A DNA stretch of 64,000 nt from an uncultured Rhodospirillaceae bacterium (GCA_963972065.1 CAXAVJ010000006.1:133-64132); one strand, 5' to 3'. Shown: positions 1 to 9,885, counted from the first letter of the stretch. Notes: a model not told the origin generated them from the letters alone. Translations and numbers: made by a program.

Positions 1-2
1 TC

Positions 3-149
3 CGCGAGGCCGGCATGAACGCGGTGACCTTCGGGCCGGGCGAAGACGGCTGGGCGCCCGTGAACGAGTGCATTTCCGTGCCCAAGTCCGTCACGGCGGC
101 GAAGATCTACGCCCTGACCATCATGGACATCCTCGGTATCCGGCAATGA
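3..149 (+). CDS. C-terminal fragment of a probable M20/ArgE-DapE family metallo-amidohydrolase (5'-truncated by window)
   Basis: Open frame from base 3 reads REAGMNAVTFGPGEDGWAPVNECISVPKSVTAAKIYALTIMDILGIRQ*, resembling the M20 C-terminal G-x-P/FGPG...E...A-x-IY pattern. Stop TGA 147-149 overlaps the next ATG (ATGA). Confidence 0.5.
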   Translation, partial: REAGMNAVTFGPGEDGWAPVNECISVPKSVTAAKIYALTIMDILGIRQ

Positions 150-991
150 CGGAAAAGGTGGATGGAGGCGCTGTCCGAGCGTTCGCGGACCCCCGGCCCC
201 GTTGGCTGAAGACGCCGTCGCGGTACCAGATGTTGAGCGCCTGTTCGGTGGCGTTCATGTTCGCCGCCTGGGTCTTCGTCACCGAATTCGGGTTCGCCAA
301 CGAACTGTTCCTGCCCCATCCGGCCGCCGTCTTCAATTCCTTCATCAAGGTCGCGACCAAGGGATACCAGGGATCGACGCTGCTGGAACATGTGGGAACA
401 AGCCTGTACCGCATCATGGCCGGGTTCAGCCTGGCCTGCCTGGTCGGCATTCCGCTGGGAATCGCCATGGGTGTTTCCCGCGCCGCCAACGCCGTGTTCA
501 ACCCCGCCATCGAATTCTACCGGCCGTTGCCGCCCCTGGGCCTGTACACACTGCTGGTCATGTGGCTGGGCATCGGCGAGGAATCGAAACTGGCGCTGCT
601 GTTCCTGGCCGGATTGCCGGGCATCATCATCGCAACCATTCAGGCGGTCACCACCATCGATCCCATTTATGTCCGCGCCGCCAGATCATTGGGCGCCACC
701 CGGCGTCAATTGCTGTTCCAGGTCTACCTGCCCGGCGCCGGGCCGATCATCCTGACCGGCATGCGCATTTCGCTGGGCTTCACCTACACCGTTCTCGTCG
801 CGGCCGAGATCGTCGCCGCGACGGCCGGGATCGGCTGGATGATCTGGGACGCCGCCAAGTTTCTGCTCAGCGACGTCGTCATCATGGGCCTGATCGTGCT
901 CGGCCTGACCGGTGTGATGCTGGACGTCATCATGCGCCTGGTCGGCAAGCTTCTGATGCCGTGGACGCGCCGTCAACGAACCAACGCCTAA
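146..991 (+). CDS. ABC transporter permease, TauC/SsuC/NitT type
   Basis: Multiple TM helices; EFYRPLPPLG and EAA-loop AARSLGAT motifs; start 146 chosen for ATGA coupling with the upstream gene. Confidence 0.9.
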   Translation: MTEKVDGGAVRAFADPRPRWLKTPSRYQMLSACSVAFMFAAWVFVTEFGFANELFLPHPAAVFNSFIKVATKGYQGSTLLEHVGTSLYRIMAGFSLACLVGIPLGIAMGVSRAANAVFNPAIEFYRPLPPLGLYTLLVMWLGIGEESKLALLFLAGLPGIIIATIQAVTTIDPIYVRAARSLGATRRQLLFQVYLPGAGPIILTGMRISLGFTYTVLVAAEIVAATAGIGWMIWDAAKFLLSDVVIMGLIVLGLTGVMLDVIMRLVGKLLMPWTRRQRTNA

Positions 992-1061
992 CTACGGCGC
1001 ACCGCCAACGAAGGGGTCGTCTCTCACCAACCGACAACAGGGAAGAGAATAGGAGACTACG

Positions 1062-2075
1062 ATGAAGATACTTATAAAGACCCTGACGGCCCTTGCCGTC
1101 TCCGCCGCCCTATCCGCGACGGCCATGGCCGACGCCCCGAAGACGGTCACCGTCGGATATCTGAACCTGGTCAACGCCCAGCTGGTGACCAAGTCCCTGG
1201 GCCTGGTGCAGAAGGAAATGCCGGGCGTCGAAGTGAAGTACATCAAGGTCGGCGGCGGCGGCGACATGCTGCGCGCGATCGCCGCCAAGCAGGTTGACTT
1301 CGGCGGTCTCGGCAACCCGCCGACGGCCATCGGCGTGACCCGCGGCCTGCCGATCCAGGGCATCATGGTGCTCAACATGCTCGACTATGTCGAAGCCATG
1401 GCCGTGCGCACCTCAGCCAACATCAAGAACTTCAAGGACCTGCAGGGCAAGACCCTGGCCGCCCCGTTCGGATCGACGACCCACTACCTGCTGCTGAAGG
1501 CCCTGGCCGACGAAGGTCTCGACCCGGCGTCGATGAAAATTCTCGACCTGCGCCCCAACGACATCGCCGTCGCCTGGACCCGCGGCGACATCGACGCGGC
1601 CTGGTTCTGGGAGCCGAACCTGAACAAGGCGGTCAAGAACGGCGGCCATATCTTCATGACGTCCGGCATCATGGCGTCGCGCGGATATCCCACCTGGGAC
1701 GTCGGCGTCGTGATGAACGATTTCGCCGCCAAGTATCCGGACTACGTGAAGAAGTTCCTCAAGGCCGAATGCGCCGGGATCGATTACTGGCTGAACAACC
1801 CGAGCAAGACCGCCGCGATCATCGCCAAGGAACTCGAACTGCCGCTCGAAGACGCCACGCGCATGATGAAGGGCACGGAAATGGTGCCCTGCGCCAAGCA
1901 GGTGACCGACGCCTACATGGGCACCGGAAAATCGAAGGCCGGGTCCGGATTCGTCAATACCCTGCTGTCGACCTCGTCCTTCCTGGTCGAACAGGAACGC
2001 CTGCCCAAGCAGCTGACCCGCGAACAGTTCGCCGATTTCATGCGCCCGGACTATTTGCAGTCCATTCTCGAATAG
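1062..2075 (+). CDS. ABC transporter substrate-binding protein, TauA/SsuA/NMT1 type
   Basis: Signal peptide; DLQGKTLAAPFGSTTHYLL and GDIDAAWFWEP motifs; strong RBS AGGAGA. Confidence 0.9.
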   Translation: MKILIKTLTALAVSAALSATAMADAPKTVTVGYLNLVNAQLVTKSLGLVQKEMPGVEVKYIKVGGGGDMLRAIAAKQVDFGGLGNPPTAIGVTRGLPIQGIMVLNMLDYVEAMAVRTSANIKNFKDLQGKTLAAPFGSTTHYLLLKALADEGLDPASMKILDLRPNDIAVAWTRGDIDAAWFWEPNLNKAVKNGGHIFMTSGIMASRGYPTWDVGVVMNDFAAKYPDYVKKFLKAECAGIDYWLNNPSKTAAIIAKELELPLEDATRMMKGTEMVPCAKQVTDAYMGTGKSKAGSGFVNTLLSTSSFLVEQERLPKQLTREQFADFMRPDYLQSILE

Positions 2076-2092
2076 CCTGCTCTGTGATCAAG

Positions 2093-2131
2093 CCGCCCGC
2101 CGGGTCCTGCATCCCGGCGGGCGGTTTTTTG
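2093..2131 (+). terminator. Rho-independent terminator
   Basis: Perfect 12-bp stem CCGCCCGCCGGG/CCCGGCGGGCGG, 8-nt loop, then TTTTTTG. Confidence 0.88.
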
Positions 2132-2235
2132 TGCACCCGCTCATGAAAAATTTGCCAGCCATGATGCGATGCGGTCTACTGATTCCCGCGACCCAAGAGA
2201 CACTTGGCCCATGCCCCCTGTGATCGGCCCGCCAC

Positions 2236-2940
2236 ATGTTGATGACGCCGCAAGACGATCCCCCACCGAACACCGGCAGGTATCTGCTGGACATCCTCGA
2301 CGCGGACACGAAGCAGGAAACCATCCGCCGCGCGATCAGCCGTGATTACGGCAACCGAAGCTTTCTGATCCGTCAGGGCGACAAGGCCAACGGCATCCAC
2401 ATCATCACCGCCGGCACCGTCGAAAGCATGTTCGAAAGCCCGGGCGGCCGCGAACTGATCCTCGGCTCCTGGCAGGCCGGCGATTTCGTGGGCGGACCCT
2501 ACGTGTTCGGCGATCATGAACACATGTGGGGGGCACGCGCGCTCGGCACCGTGCGCTCCCTCTACCTGGACCACGACAATCTCAAGGCCTTCATCCGGGA
2601 TTCTCCCCCCTTTGCCCTGGCGCTGATCGAATGCCTGGGTTTCAAGGGCCAACGCTATTCGAAACTGGCGCAGACCCTGGCGACCCATACGACGACGGAA
2701 CGGGTCGCCCTGTTGATTTCGGAACTGGCGCAGAACGCCAAAAAATCCGGGGACGGCATGCTGCGGGTCGGCCTGATCAAGCAATCGAAGCTGTCGCATA
2801 TGATCGGCGCGACCCGGCAATCGGTCGCCAATGCCCTGCAAAAACTGGAAGACAGCGGCGCCATCGCCATTGAGACAACCAGCATCGTCATCACCAACGC
2901 CGAGACCCTGTCCTCCTACGCCAAGACGCAGCCCGACTAG
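2236..2940 (+). CDS. Crp/Fnr family transcriptional regulator
   Basis: N-terminal cNMP-binding-like beta barrel (FLIRQGDKANGIHIITAGTV), C helix, and C-terminal HTH (LSHMIGATRQSVANALQKL). Confidence 0.85.
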   Translation: MLMTPQDDPPPNTGRYLLDILDADTKQETIRRAISRDYGNRSFLIRQGDKANGIHIITAGTVESMFESPGGRELILGSWQAGDFVGGPYVFGDHEHMWGARALGTVRSLYLDHDNLKAFIRDSPPFALALIECLGFKGQRYSKLAQTLATHTTTERVALLISELAQNAKKSGDGMLRVGLIKQSKLSHMIGATRQSVANALQKLEDSGAIAIETTSIVITNAETLSSYAKTQPD

Positions 2941-2964
2941 GCGGCACCCGTCTGACGACGGTGC

Positions 2965-3555
2965 CTACTGCTGGGCCAACACCGCAAGGGCGACGACCGC
3001 CAGCATGGACAACGCCATGGCGACGTTGATCGCGAATTGGGTGCGTTTCGGCAGGTCCAGACGATGCAGGGTCACCCCGGCCCATAGCCAGAGGAAGTGG
3101 ATACAGATCCAGATCGCGTTCATGATCGCGAACTTGATCGCGAGTTCCATGACCAGATTGTCCGGCATGAACGCAAAGCCCGAGAAAAAGGCCGTATTCA
3201 CGGCATAGGCCTTGGGGTTGATCGCCTGCAGCATGAGGCCGCCGATTATGCCGGGGGCGGACTGGCGTTCGATGAAGGCGATCTTGGAGCCGGCGAAGGC
3301 AATGCGAAGGGCCAGATACAGAAGATAGGCCGCGGACGCATAAAGCAGCACGGTGCGCACATGCGGTACCGCCAACACGGCGGCGGCCAGGCCCGTGACC
3401 ACGGCCAGCGCCACGAAGTTGGTGCCCAGGAACAGCCCGATCATGTAGCGCCGCCCTTGGGCGAAGCCGAAGCCGGACCCAACCCCGGCCAGCGACAACA
3501 CGCCAGGCCCCGGCGTGATGAACAGAAAAAAACAAGCGGCGGCAAAGGTCAGCAT
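2965..3555 (-). CDS. LysE/RhtB family translocator
   Basis: ITPGPG motif, QAINPKAY motif, about 6 TM segments. Confidence 0.88.
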   Translation of the reverse strand: MLTFAAACFFLFITPGPGVLSLAGVGSGFGFAQGRRYMIGLFLGTNFVALAVVTGLAAAVLAVPHVRTVLLYASAAYLLYLALRIAFAGSKIAFIERQSAPGIIGGLMLQAINPKAYAVNTAFFSGFAFMPDNLVMELAIKFAIMNAIWICIHFLWLWAGVTLHRLDLPKRTQFAINVAMALSMLAVVALAVLAQQ

Positions 3556-3674
3556 GGAGGCCTTCCGGCGGGGATGGAATGGATTGTCGAGGGATTACGG
3601 ATGTTCGCCGGACATTGGCGGTCCGGACATATGGTGCGGAGCCGGCATTGTCGGGTCAAGTCCTTAAACCCCGG

Positions 3675-4271
3675 TCAGCGCATCCAGTTACCGAGGAAGC
3701 GGCGCATGTTGGTTTCCATTTCTTGGTCGAAATCCTTGAGGGCGGCTTCCATCATCGCGAACCAGGTCTTGTTGAGATCGTTCAGGGTCACGTCCTCGGG
3801 CACGCTCTGGTTGCGGGTGGCGCGCGCCGCGGCATGACCGACGCGCCGGCCCTGGGGATCGAACACCTCGATCATGGCCGACATTTCCAGGTCGTAGCGC
3901 GCGTCCTGATCCGTCGTGAAAGCGCCCTTGATGCCTTGGGTGCGCGGCAGTTTGGTTTCCACCACCTGCGCCCGTTCGATGGTCAGGCGCGCGACCGTGC
4001 CGGCGGCACCGCCCACGGCCTTGATCCTGTCGCGGCCCCAGATCGCCATCGCCTTGGCCGGCGGCGTCTGCATCTTGTGTTCCACGTTGGGCGGCGCAAG
4101 CGGCGCCTTGTGAACATCGACGATTTCCACCCGGTCGACGGCAAGGTTCAAAGCCGGTGCGTGTTGGAAGGTGATTTCCGGCAGGTTGACGCTGGGGTCC
4201 GGCGTGGTGCAACCGCCCAGCACCAGAAAGCCGGCGACAAGGGCGGTGGTCAGTGATCTGGTCAAGGTCAT
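3675..4271 (-). CDS. Conserved hypothetical lipoprotein
   Basis: Lipobox LGGC after a hydrophobic stretch (MTLTRSLTTALVAGFLVLGGC); start set at ATG 4271. Confidence 0.75.
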   Translation of the reverse strand: MTLTRSLTTALVAGFLVLGGCTTPDPSVNLPEITFQHAPALNLAVDRVEIVDVHKAPLAPPNVEHKMQTPPAKAMAIWGRDRIKAVGGAAGTVARLTIERAQVVETKLPRTQGIKGAFTTDQDARYDLEMSAMIEVFDPQGRRVGHAAARATRNQSVPEDVTLNDLNKTWFAMMEAALKDFDQEMETNMRRFLGNWMR

Positions 4272-4386
4272 CGGTCGTCGTTTCCTGGCTCCAATGGTTT
4301 CCCCGGTGCCCACCATACTGGGCAAGCCCTGTGTCAGGATCAAGGCATGGGCCGAATTATCCCCGCTGCCGGGACGGACCGCCGGG

Positions 4387-5292
4387 TCAATCCTGGTAAA
4401 GGGCCTCGATCTGGTCCGGGCCGAAAACGTAGTCCGTGCGGCAGAATTCACAGATTACCGTGACCTTGCCGTCCTCGGCCATGTCCTCGATTTCCGCCTG
4501 CGGAAAGGAACGCAGGGTCATTTCGACCTTGTCCCGGGAACAGCGGCAGGATTGTTTCACGGGCCGGCCCTCGGTCACCCGCACGCCGTCCTGATGGTAA
4601 AGACGGTAGAGCAACCGATCCGTCGTCACCGCCGGGTCGAGCAGTTCGCCGGACGACAGGCTGCTCATCAGGATCACCGCCCGGCGCCAGGCTTCCTCGG
4701 CCTCGTCCTTGTCGGCACCGCGCTTGTCCGGCAGGCGCTGCACCATGATTGCCCCGGCGGCCAGAGGGTCGGCGCCGGACGCCAGCAGGATCGCGGTTTC
4801 CAGCTGTTCGGACTGGCGGAAATAATCATGAGCGCAATCGGCCAAGGTCGCCCCCACCAGTTCGGTGATGCCCTGATAGCGGTCCGTGTCCGGGCCCTGG
4901 TCGACCGTGAAGGCGAGATAGCCGGACCCAAGCAGCGCCGGCACCGGCGCCCCCTGGGCGCCCGCGGCATCGACCGCCGCGAGGCGGTCCGCGTCATAAC
5001 GGGCATAGCTGCGCACCCCGCCGGCCGACGTCACATCCGCCATGACCAGGCCGACCGGGCCGTCACCCTGGACTTGCAGGGTGAATACGCCGTCGAACTT
5101 GAGCACGCTGGACAGCGTCGCCGCCAGCACCACGACCTGCGACAGCAGGTCGGCGACCACCGGCGGATAGTCGTGCGGCCCGACCAATTGGCCGAGTATC
5201 GGGCCCAGACGCACAACCCGCCCGTTGACGCCCAGCGCGTCCACGTGGAACGGCTGAACAACGTCGTCGAGGGAAAGGGTCACGTCAGGCAT
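4387..5292 (-). CDS. hslO: Hsp33 redox-regulated chaperone
   Basis: C-terminal Zn motif CRCS...CEFC, LQVQGDGPV, GGIMVQRLP-like segment; 8-bp overlap with the GNAT stop. Confidence 0.92.
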   Translation of the reverse strand: MPDVTLSLDDVVQPFHVDALGVNGRVVRLGPILGQLVGPHDYPPVVADLLSQVVVLAATLSSVLKFDGVFTLQVQGDGPVGLVMADVTSAGGVRSYARYDADRLAAVDAAGAQGAPVPALLGSGYLAFTVDQGPDTDRYQGITELVGATLADCAHDYFRQSEQLETAILLASGADPLAAGAIMVQRLPDKRGADKDEAEEAWRRAVILMSSLSSGELLDPAVTTDRLLYRLYHQDGVRVTEGRPVKQSCRCSRDKVEMTLRSFPQAEIEDMAEDGKVTVICEFCRTDYVFGPDQIEALYQD

Positions 5293-6106
5293 TGTCTTGG
5301 TCGGCGGCGTCTGGGAGGGCATCGTTTGGGGCGGCTTGTGTCTGTGTTCGGTAGTAATAGGTATGCGCGGCTTGGAAGCCCGCCAAGTGATAAAGTGCCA
5401 TGGCGGGACGATTGTCTGATTCCACCTGCAGGAACAGGCGGCGGTCACGGTCCGTATCGGCGGCCCAGGCGGCGAGTGCGGCCAACACCCGCGCGGCATG
5501 TCCCCGGCGGCGGTCCCCCCCTCGTGTTGCCAGGCACAGGATCAACGCCCAGTCATCGCGAATTACGGCCGCCCCCACGGCGGCGGGCTCGGTCCCGTCG
5601 TCCACCACCGCATAGGCCCGCGGCGCCGGAAGGCCCTCGGCCAGACGGCAGCGCAGGCCGCGTTCGCGTCCCTGCGCGAGACCACCGCCGTAGACCTGGA
5701 ACCAAGCCCCGGTGGGGCCGGAAAACAGGCGCGCGCGAAAACAGATATCCTGACGGTCGGCCAAATTCTTCACCACGGACGCGGCATCGGCGGTCATGAC
5801 CAGGGTGCGGGCTTCGATCGTGTAACCGCGGCGTTCCAACACCGCATCCAGGCCCCGCGGCGCGGCCGCGCCGGAAATCTGAAAGCGGCAGGGCAGACCG
5901 CGCTGGCGATAGAATTTTTCCGCGGCGTCGATGCGTAGCTCAAGGGCGCTCGACCCCGTTTCCTCAAGCGCCAGAACGGAATTGGCGCGCCGCGACACGC
6001 CTTCGGAAAAGCGCAGTTGCCAGCCTTCCAGAATGCCCTGGCTGAACGGCGGCCAGCATTCGGCGGCCCGGCGCTCCAGGTCGCGGATGCCCTCTTCGTC
6101 AAACAT
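5285..6106 (-). CDS. GNAT family N-acetyltransferase
   Basis: N-terminal GWQLRFSEGVSRRANS; acetyl-CoA motif A RRRGHA; LFLQVESDNRPAMALY. Confidence 0.8.
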   Translation of the reverse strand: MFDEEGIRDLERRAAECWPPFSQGILEGWQLRFSEGVSRRANSVLALEETGSSALELRIDAAEKFYRQRGLPCRFQISGAAAPRGLDAVLERRGYTIEARTLVMTADAASVVKNLADRQDICFRARLFSGPTGAWFQVYGGGLAQGRERGLRCRLAEGLPAPRAYAVVDDGTEPAAVGAAVIRDDWALILCLATRGGDRRRGHAARVLAALAAWAADTDRDRRLFLQVESDNRPAMALYHLAGFQAAHTYYYRTQTQAAPNDALPDAADQDNA

Positions 6107-6141
6107 GAGGGGCGTCCTTCACCATCATTCGGAAGGCCCGA

Positions 6142-7059
6142 TCAGACGTCGCCCAGACACCAGGCCAGGATACCCTTCTGCGCATGCAGGCGGTTTTCGG
6201 CCTCGTCCCAGATCACGGACTGGGGTCCGTCGATCACGGATTCGGTCACTTCCTCGCCGCGGTGCGCGGGCAGGCAATGCATGAACAGGGCATCGGGCGC
6301 AGCCTGAGCCATCAGGCGGTCATCCACGCGGTAAGGTGTCAACAAATTGTGGCGCGGACCCGCGTCGGCATCGCCCATGGACACCCAGGTGTCGGTAACA
6401 ACCAAATCCGCCCCGGCAACCGCCGCTTCGGTGTCTTCGGTCACCTGCACGTCCGCACCCTCGCCCGTCGCCCAGGACACCAGTTCGGGATTGGGGGACA
6501 GCGCCTCGGGGCAGGCCAGGCGCAATTGGTAGCCGAACCGCGCAGCCCCGTGAATCCACGACGTGGCGACGTTGTTGCCGTCGCCGGCCCAGGCCACGGT
6601 ACGCCCCTTGATGTCGCCCCGGTGTTCCTCAAAGGTCATGATGTCGGCCATGATCTGGCACGGATGCGACGCGTCGGTCAGGCCGTTGATCACCGGCACG
6701 GTGGCGTATTCGGCCAGATCGTGCAGTTTCTGCGGATCGTCCGTGCGGATCATGATGACATCGCAATAACGCGACAGCACGCGCGCCGTATCGGCCACGG
6801 TCTCGCCCCGGCCGAGTTGCGATTCATTGCCCGACAGCACGACGGCACGCCCGCCCAGCTGCTGGATCGCGACCTCGAACGACACGCGGGTGCGGGTCGA
6901 CGGTTTTTCGAAGATCATGACCAGCGTCTTTCCGGCCAGGGACGGTGACGCCGAAGCGGCCGCCCCGTTCTTCTTCATCGCGGCCGCGCGGTCGAGAATC
7001 CGGCGCAGGGTGCCCGCGTCGGCCTGATCAATATCGAGGAAATGGCGGAGACCGCTCAT
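6142..7059 (-). CDS. argF: Ornithine carbamoyltransferase
   Basis: [22 protein letters not shown] motifs; ATGA overlap with argD. Confidence 0.95.
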   Translation of the reverse strand: MSGLRHFLDIDQADAGTLRRILDRAAAMKKNGAAASASPSLAGKTLVMIFEKPSTRTRVSFEVAIQQLGGRAVVLSGNESQLGRGETVADTARVLSRYCDVIMIRTDDPQKLHDLAEYATVPVINGLTDASHPCQIMADIMTFEEHRGDIKGRTVAWAGDGNNVATSWIHGAARFGYQLRLACPEALSPNPELVSWATGEGADVQVTEDTEAAVAGADLVVTDTWVSMGDADAGPRHNLLTPYRVDDRLMAQAAPDALFMHCLPAHRGEEVTESVIDGPQSVIWDEAENRLHAQKGILAWCLGDV

Positions 7060-8252
7060 CCCGCCTTCTCCTTGGCCATGTCCGCCGCGATTTCGGCGCA
7101 GCTTTTGTCGAGAGCCTGGACCGCCTCGTCGATGTGGCTTTCTTCGAGAATCATCGGCGGCAGCATGCGCACGACGTTGTCGCCCGCCGGCACGGTCAGC
7201 ACGCCGTTGTCGATCATCTTGCCGACCAGGATGCTGTTTTCCACGGCGCAGCGCATGCCGACCATCAGGCCCTGGCCGCGCACTTCGGTCAGCACGGTCG
7301 GATGCTTGGCGACAACGGCGCCGAGTTTGTCCCACAGCACGCGGGCCATCTTATCGACCCGGGGCAGGAAGCCGGGGGCCAGAACCACATCCAGCATGGC
7401 GCCGACCGCCGACATGGCAAGCGGCGTGCCGCCGAAGGTCGACCCGTGACTGCCCGCCGTCATGGCCTTGGCCGCCGCCTCGGTCGCCAACACGGCGCCG
7501 ACGGGGAACCCGCCGCCCAGACCCTTGGCCGTGGCCAGGATGTCCGGGGTCACGCCCGCCCATTCATGGGCGAACAGCTTGCCCGTGCGGCCGTTACCGG
7601 TCTGCACCTCGTCCAGCACCATCAGGATGCCGAACTCGTCGCACATCTCGCGCACGCCCTTGAGGAAACCCGGCGACGGCGCCTTGATGCCGCCTTCGCC
7701 CTGCACCGGCTCGACCAAAATCGCCGCCGTTTGATCGGTGATCGCGGCGCGCATGGCGTTCAGGTTGTCGAACGGCACATGGTCGAAGCCTTCGGGCATG
7801 GGGCCGAAGCCTTCGCGGTGCTTTTCGTTGGACCCGGCGGCCAGGTCGGTCAGCGACCGACCGTGGAACGAGCCGTCGCAGCTGATGATGCGGTAGCGTT
7901 CCGGACGCCCGGCCCCATGGTGATAGCGCCGCGCCATCTTGATGGATGCTTCCACCGCCTCGGCGCCCGAGTTGTTGAAGAACACCGTATCGGCGAAGGA
8001 ATTGGCGACCAGAATTTCGGCGACCCGTTCCTGCCCGGCGATGCGGTACAGGTTGGAAACATGCCACAGGGTGTTGGCCTGTTCGGTCAGCGCGGCGACC
8101 AGTTTCGGATGGCAATGGCCAAGCGAATTGACAGCGATCCCCGACCCCATGTCGAGGAATCGTCGGCCGTCGTCCGCCCAGACATACATGCCCTCACCCC
8201 TGACCAGGGCGAAAGCGGTCCGTGCGTAGGTCGGCATGACGGCGCTGATCAT
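7056..8252 (-). CDS. argD: Acetylornithine aminotransferase
   Basis: Class III PLP motifs [11 protein letters not shown] and [16 protein letters not shown]; directly upstream of argF. Confidence 0.93.
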   Translation of the reverse strand: MISAVMPTYARTAFALVRGEGMYVWADDGRRFLDMGSGIAVNSLGHCHPKLVAALTEQANTLWHVSNLYRIAGQERVAEILVANSFADTVFFNNSGAEAVEASIKMARRYHHGAGRPERYRIISCDGSFHGRSLTDLAAGSNEKHREGFGPMPEGFDHVPFDNLNAMRAAITDQTAAILVEPVQGEGGIKAPSPGFLKGVREMCDEFGILMVLDEVQTGNGRTGKLFAHEWAGVTPDILATAKGLGGGFPVGAVLATEAAAKAMTAGSHGSTFGGTPLAMSAVGAMLDVVLAPGFLPRVDKMARVLWDKLGAVVAKHPTVLTEVRGQGLMVGMRCAVENSILVGKMIDNGVLTVPAGDNVVRMLPPMILEESHIDEAVQALDKSCAEIAADMAKEKAG

Positions 8253-8285
8253 TTCGCTCTCCTTTGGCTCAACGTGTCAAAACGG

Positions 8286-8312
8286 AAAAAAGCCCCCGTT
8301 TTCCAGGAGCTT
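8286..8312 (-). terminator. Terminator-like hairpin within the argD 5' leader
   Basis: Minus strand AAGCTCC-TGGAAAACG-GGGGCTT-TTTT (7-bp stem with one G-U pair, then a U tract). Confidence 0.45.
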
Positions 8313-8342
8313 CAACCATCTTCCTTACCAGGAAAGCCGCCG

Positions 8343-8371
8343 AGTATCGGTATCTCGTGCCCCCTTGTCAA
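8343..8371 (-). promoter_or_regulatory. RpoD-type promoter for argD-argF
   Basis: Minus strand TTGACA-N17-GATACT. Confidence 0.65.
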
Positions 8372-8413
8372 CGGCGGCAAGATGACCGTTCGGCGACGGC
8401 TTGCGCACCGGCC

Positions 8414-9253
8414 TCAGGCCTTCAGCTTGTAGCCCGTGCGGAACATCCAGGTACAAAGCCACCACAGGCCCGCGTTGATCACCGCCATGACCGCGACACC
8501 GATCCACAGGTTGCCGTCGGCATGGCCGATGAAGCCGTAGCGGAAGCCGTCGATCATGTAGAAGAAGGGATTGAAATGGGCCGCGATCTGGATGCCCTGG
8601 GGCAGGCGTTCGATCGAATAAAAGGTTCCCGACAGGAACGACAGCGGCGTGATGACGAAGTTGGTGACCGCCGCGATATGGTCGAACTTGTCGGCCCAGA
8701 TGCCCCCCGCCAAACCCAGCAGCGACAACATCAAGGCCCCCATGACCGCATGATAGACGACGAAGAACGCATCATGCAGGCCCAGGTCCACGGTCAGCGC
8801 CATGGCCACGCCGACGACGACGGCGACGGCGACGCCCCGCGTCATGCCGCCGATGGCGAAGCCGAACGTCAGTTCATGGGCGTTGAGGGGCGCCATCAGG
8901 CTGTCGACGATGTTGCCCTGGATCTTGCCGATCATCAGGGAACTCGACGTATTGGCGAAGGCGTTCTGGGCGATCGCCATCATGATCAGGCCGGGCGCCA
9001 GGAAGGTCATGAACGGCATGCCGGCGACGACCCGGTGATCGCCGCCCAGCGCCAGGGCAAACACGGCGAGGAACAGCATGGTCGTGATCAGCGGCGCGAC
9101 CAGGGTCTGGGTATAGACCTTGATGAAGCGCCGCACCTCGCGCATGTAAAGCGTCTTCAGCCCGATCCAGTTGACCGCCCCCATGGGGGGCATGCCGTCG
9201 GTCGCGGACGGCATGTCGGGCAGGGCGGCAAGGGGTGTCTGGTCACGCATCAT
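8414..9253 (-). CDS. ABC-2 type permease (YadH-like), no adjacent ATPase
   Basis: REVRRF..V..QTLVAP, FLAPGLIMM, SFLSGTFYSI, NPFFYMIDGFRYG; RBS AAGGAG. Confidence 0.88.
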   Translation of the reverse strand: MMRDQTPLAALPDMPSATDGMPPMGAVNWIGLKTLYMREVRRFIKVYTQTLVAPLITTMLFLAVFALALGGDHRVVAGMPFMTFLAPGLIMMAIAQNAFANTSSSLMIGKIQGNIVDSLMAPLNAHELTFGFAIGGMTRGVAVAVVVGVAMALTVDLGLHDAFFVVYHAVMGALMLSLLGLAGGIWADKFDHIAAVTNFVITPLSFLSGTFYSIERLPQGIQIAAHFNPFFYMIDGFRYGFIGHADGNLWIGVAVMAVINAGLWWLCTWMFRTGYKLKA

Positions 9254-9270
9254 CGGGCTCCTTATAAGAT

Positions 9271-9885
9271 ATGACCATGGAGAGTCCAATCGGTTCCGAC
9301 GATCCGGCGCCCGCCAAGGGTGCCAAACGCAAGCCCCGGGGGCCCAAGAAGGCGACGCAAAGCCATCTTGCCAACGCGGCCCTGCATTACCTTGCCCGCT
9401 TCGCGACCTCCGCCGAAAACCTGCGCCGGGTGCTGATGCGCCGGGTCGATAAATCCGCCCGCCATCACGGCACCGACCCGGAAGAAGGCGCCGCCTGGGT
9501 CGAGGACCTGATCCAACGCTATCAGCGGGCGGGCCTGCTGGACGACGCCGCCTATGCCGAGGCCCGAGCCGGCGACATGCTGCGCCGGGGCACACCGATG
9601 AAGGGTGTGCGGTTCAAACTGATGCAGAAAGGCGTGGGTGCGGACGACATCGACAAGGCCCTTGCCGCCGCAACGGAAGACACGCCCGAACCCGACCTGG
9701 CCGCCGCCGCCGCCCTGGCCCGGCGCCGCCGGCTGGGCCCCTATGCCGCCCCGGACAAGCGGGCGGAGCGGCGCGACAAGGACCTGGCGACCCTGGCCCG
9801 CGCTGGGTTCGATTACGACACGGCGCGGCGCGTGATCGAGGCCGAGACCGTCGATGACCTGACCCGGATGCTCGACGACGTCTAG
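9271..9885 (+). CDS. recX: RecX family regulatory protein
   Basis: AALHYLARF, GLLDDAAYAE, LMQKGV, LARAGF motifs. Confidence 0.8.
   Translation: MTMESPIGSDDPAPAKGAKRKPRGPKKATQSHLANAALHYLARFATSAENLRRVLMRRVDKSARHHGTDPEEGAAWVEDLIQRYQRAGLLDDAAYAEARAGDMLRRGTPMKGVRFKLMQKGVGADDIDKALAAATEDTPEPDLAAAAALARRRRLGPYAAPDKRAERRDKDLATLARAGFDYDTARRVIEAETVDDLTRMLDDV

Noticed and set aside
146-2075. Taurine utilisation pathway linking the ABC genes with the TauD-like gene
   Set aside because: The genes are over 41 kb apart, and family-level similarity does not fix the substrate.
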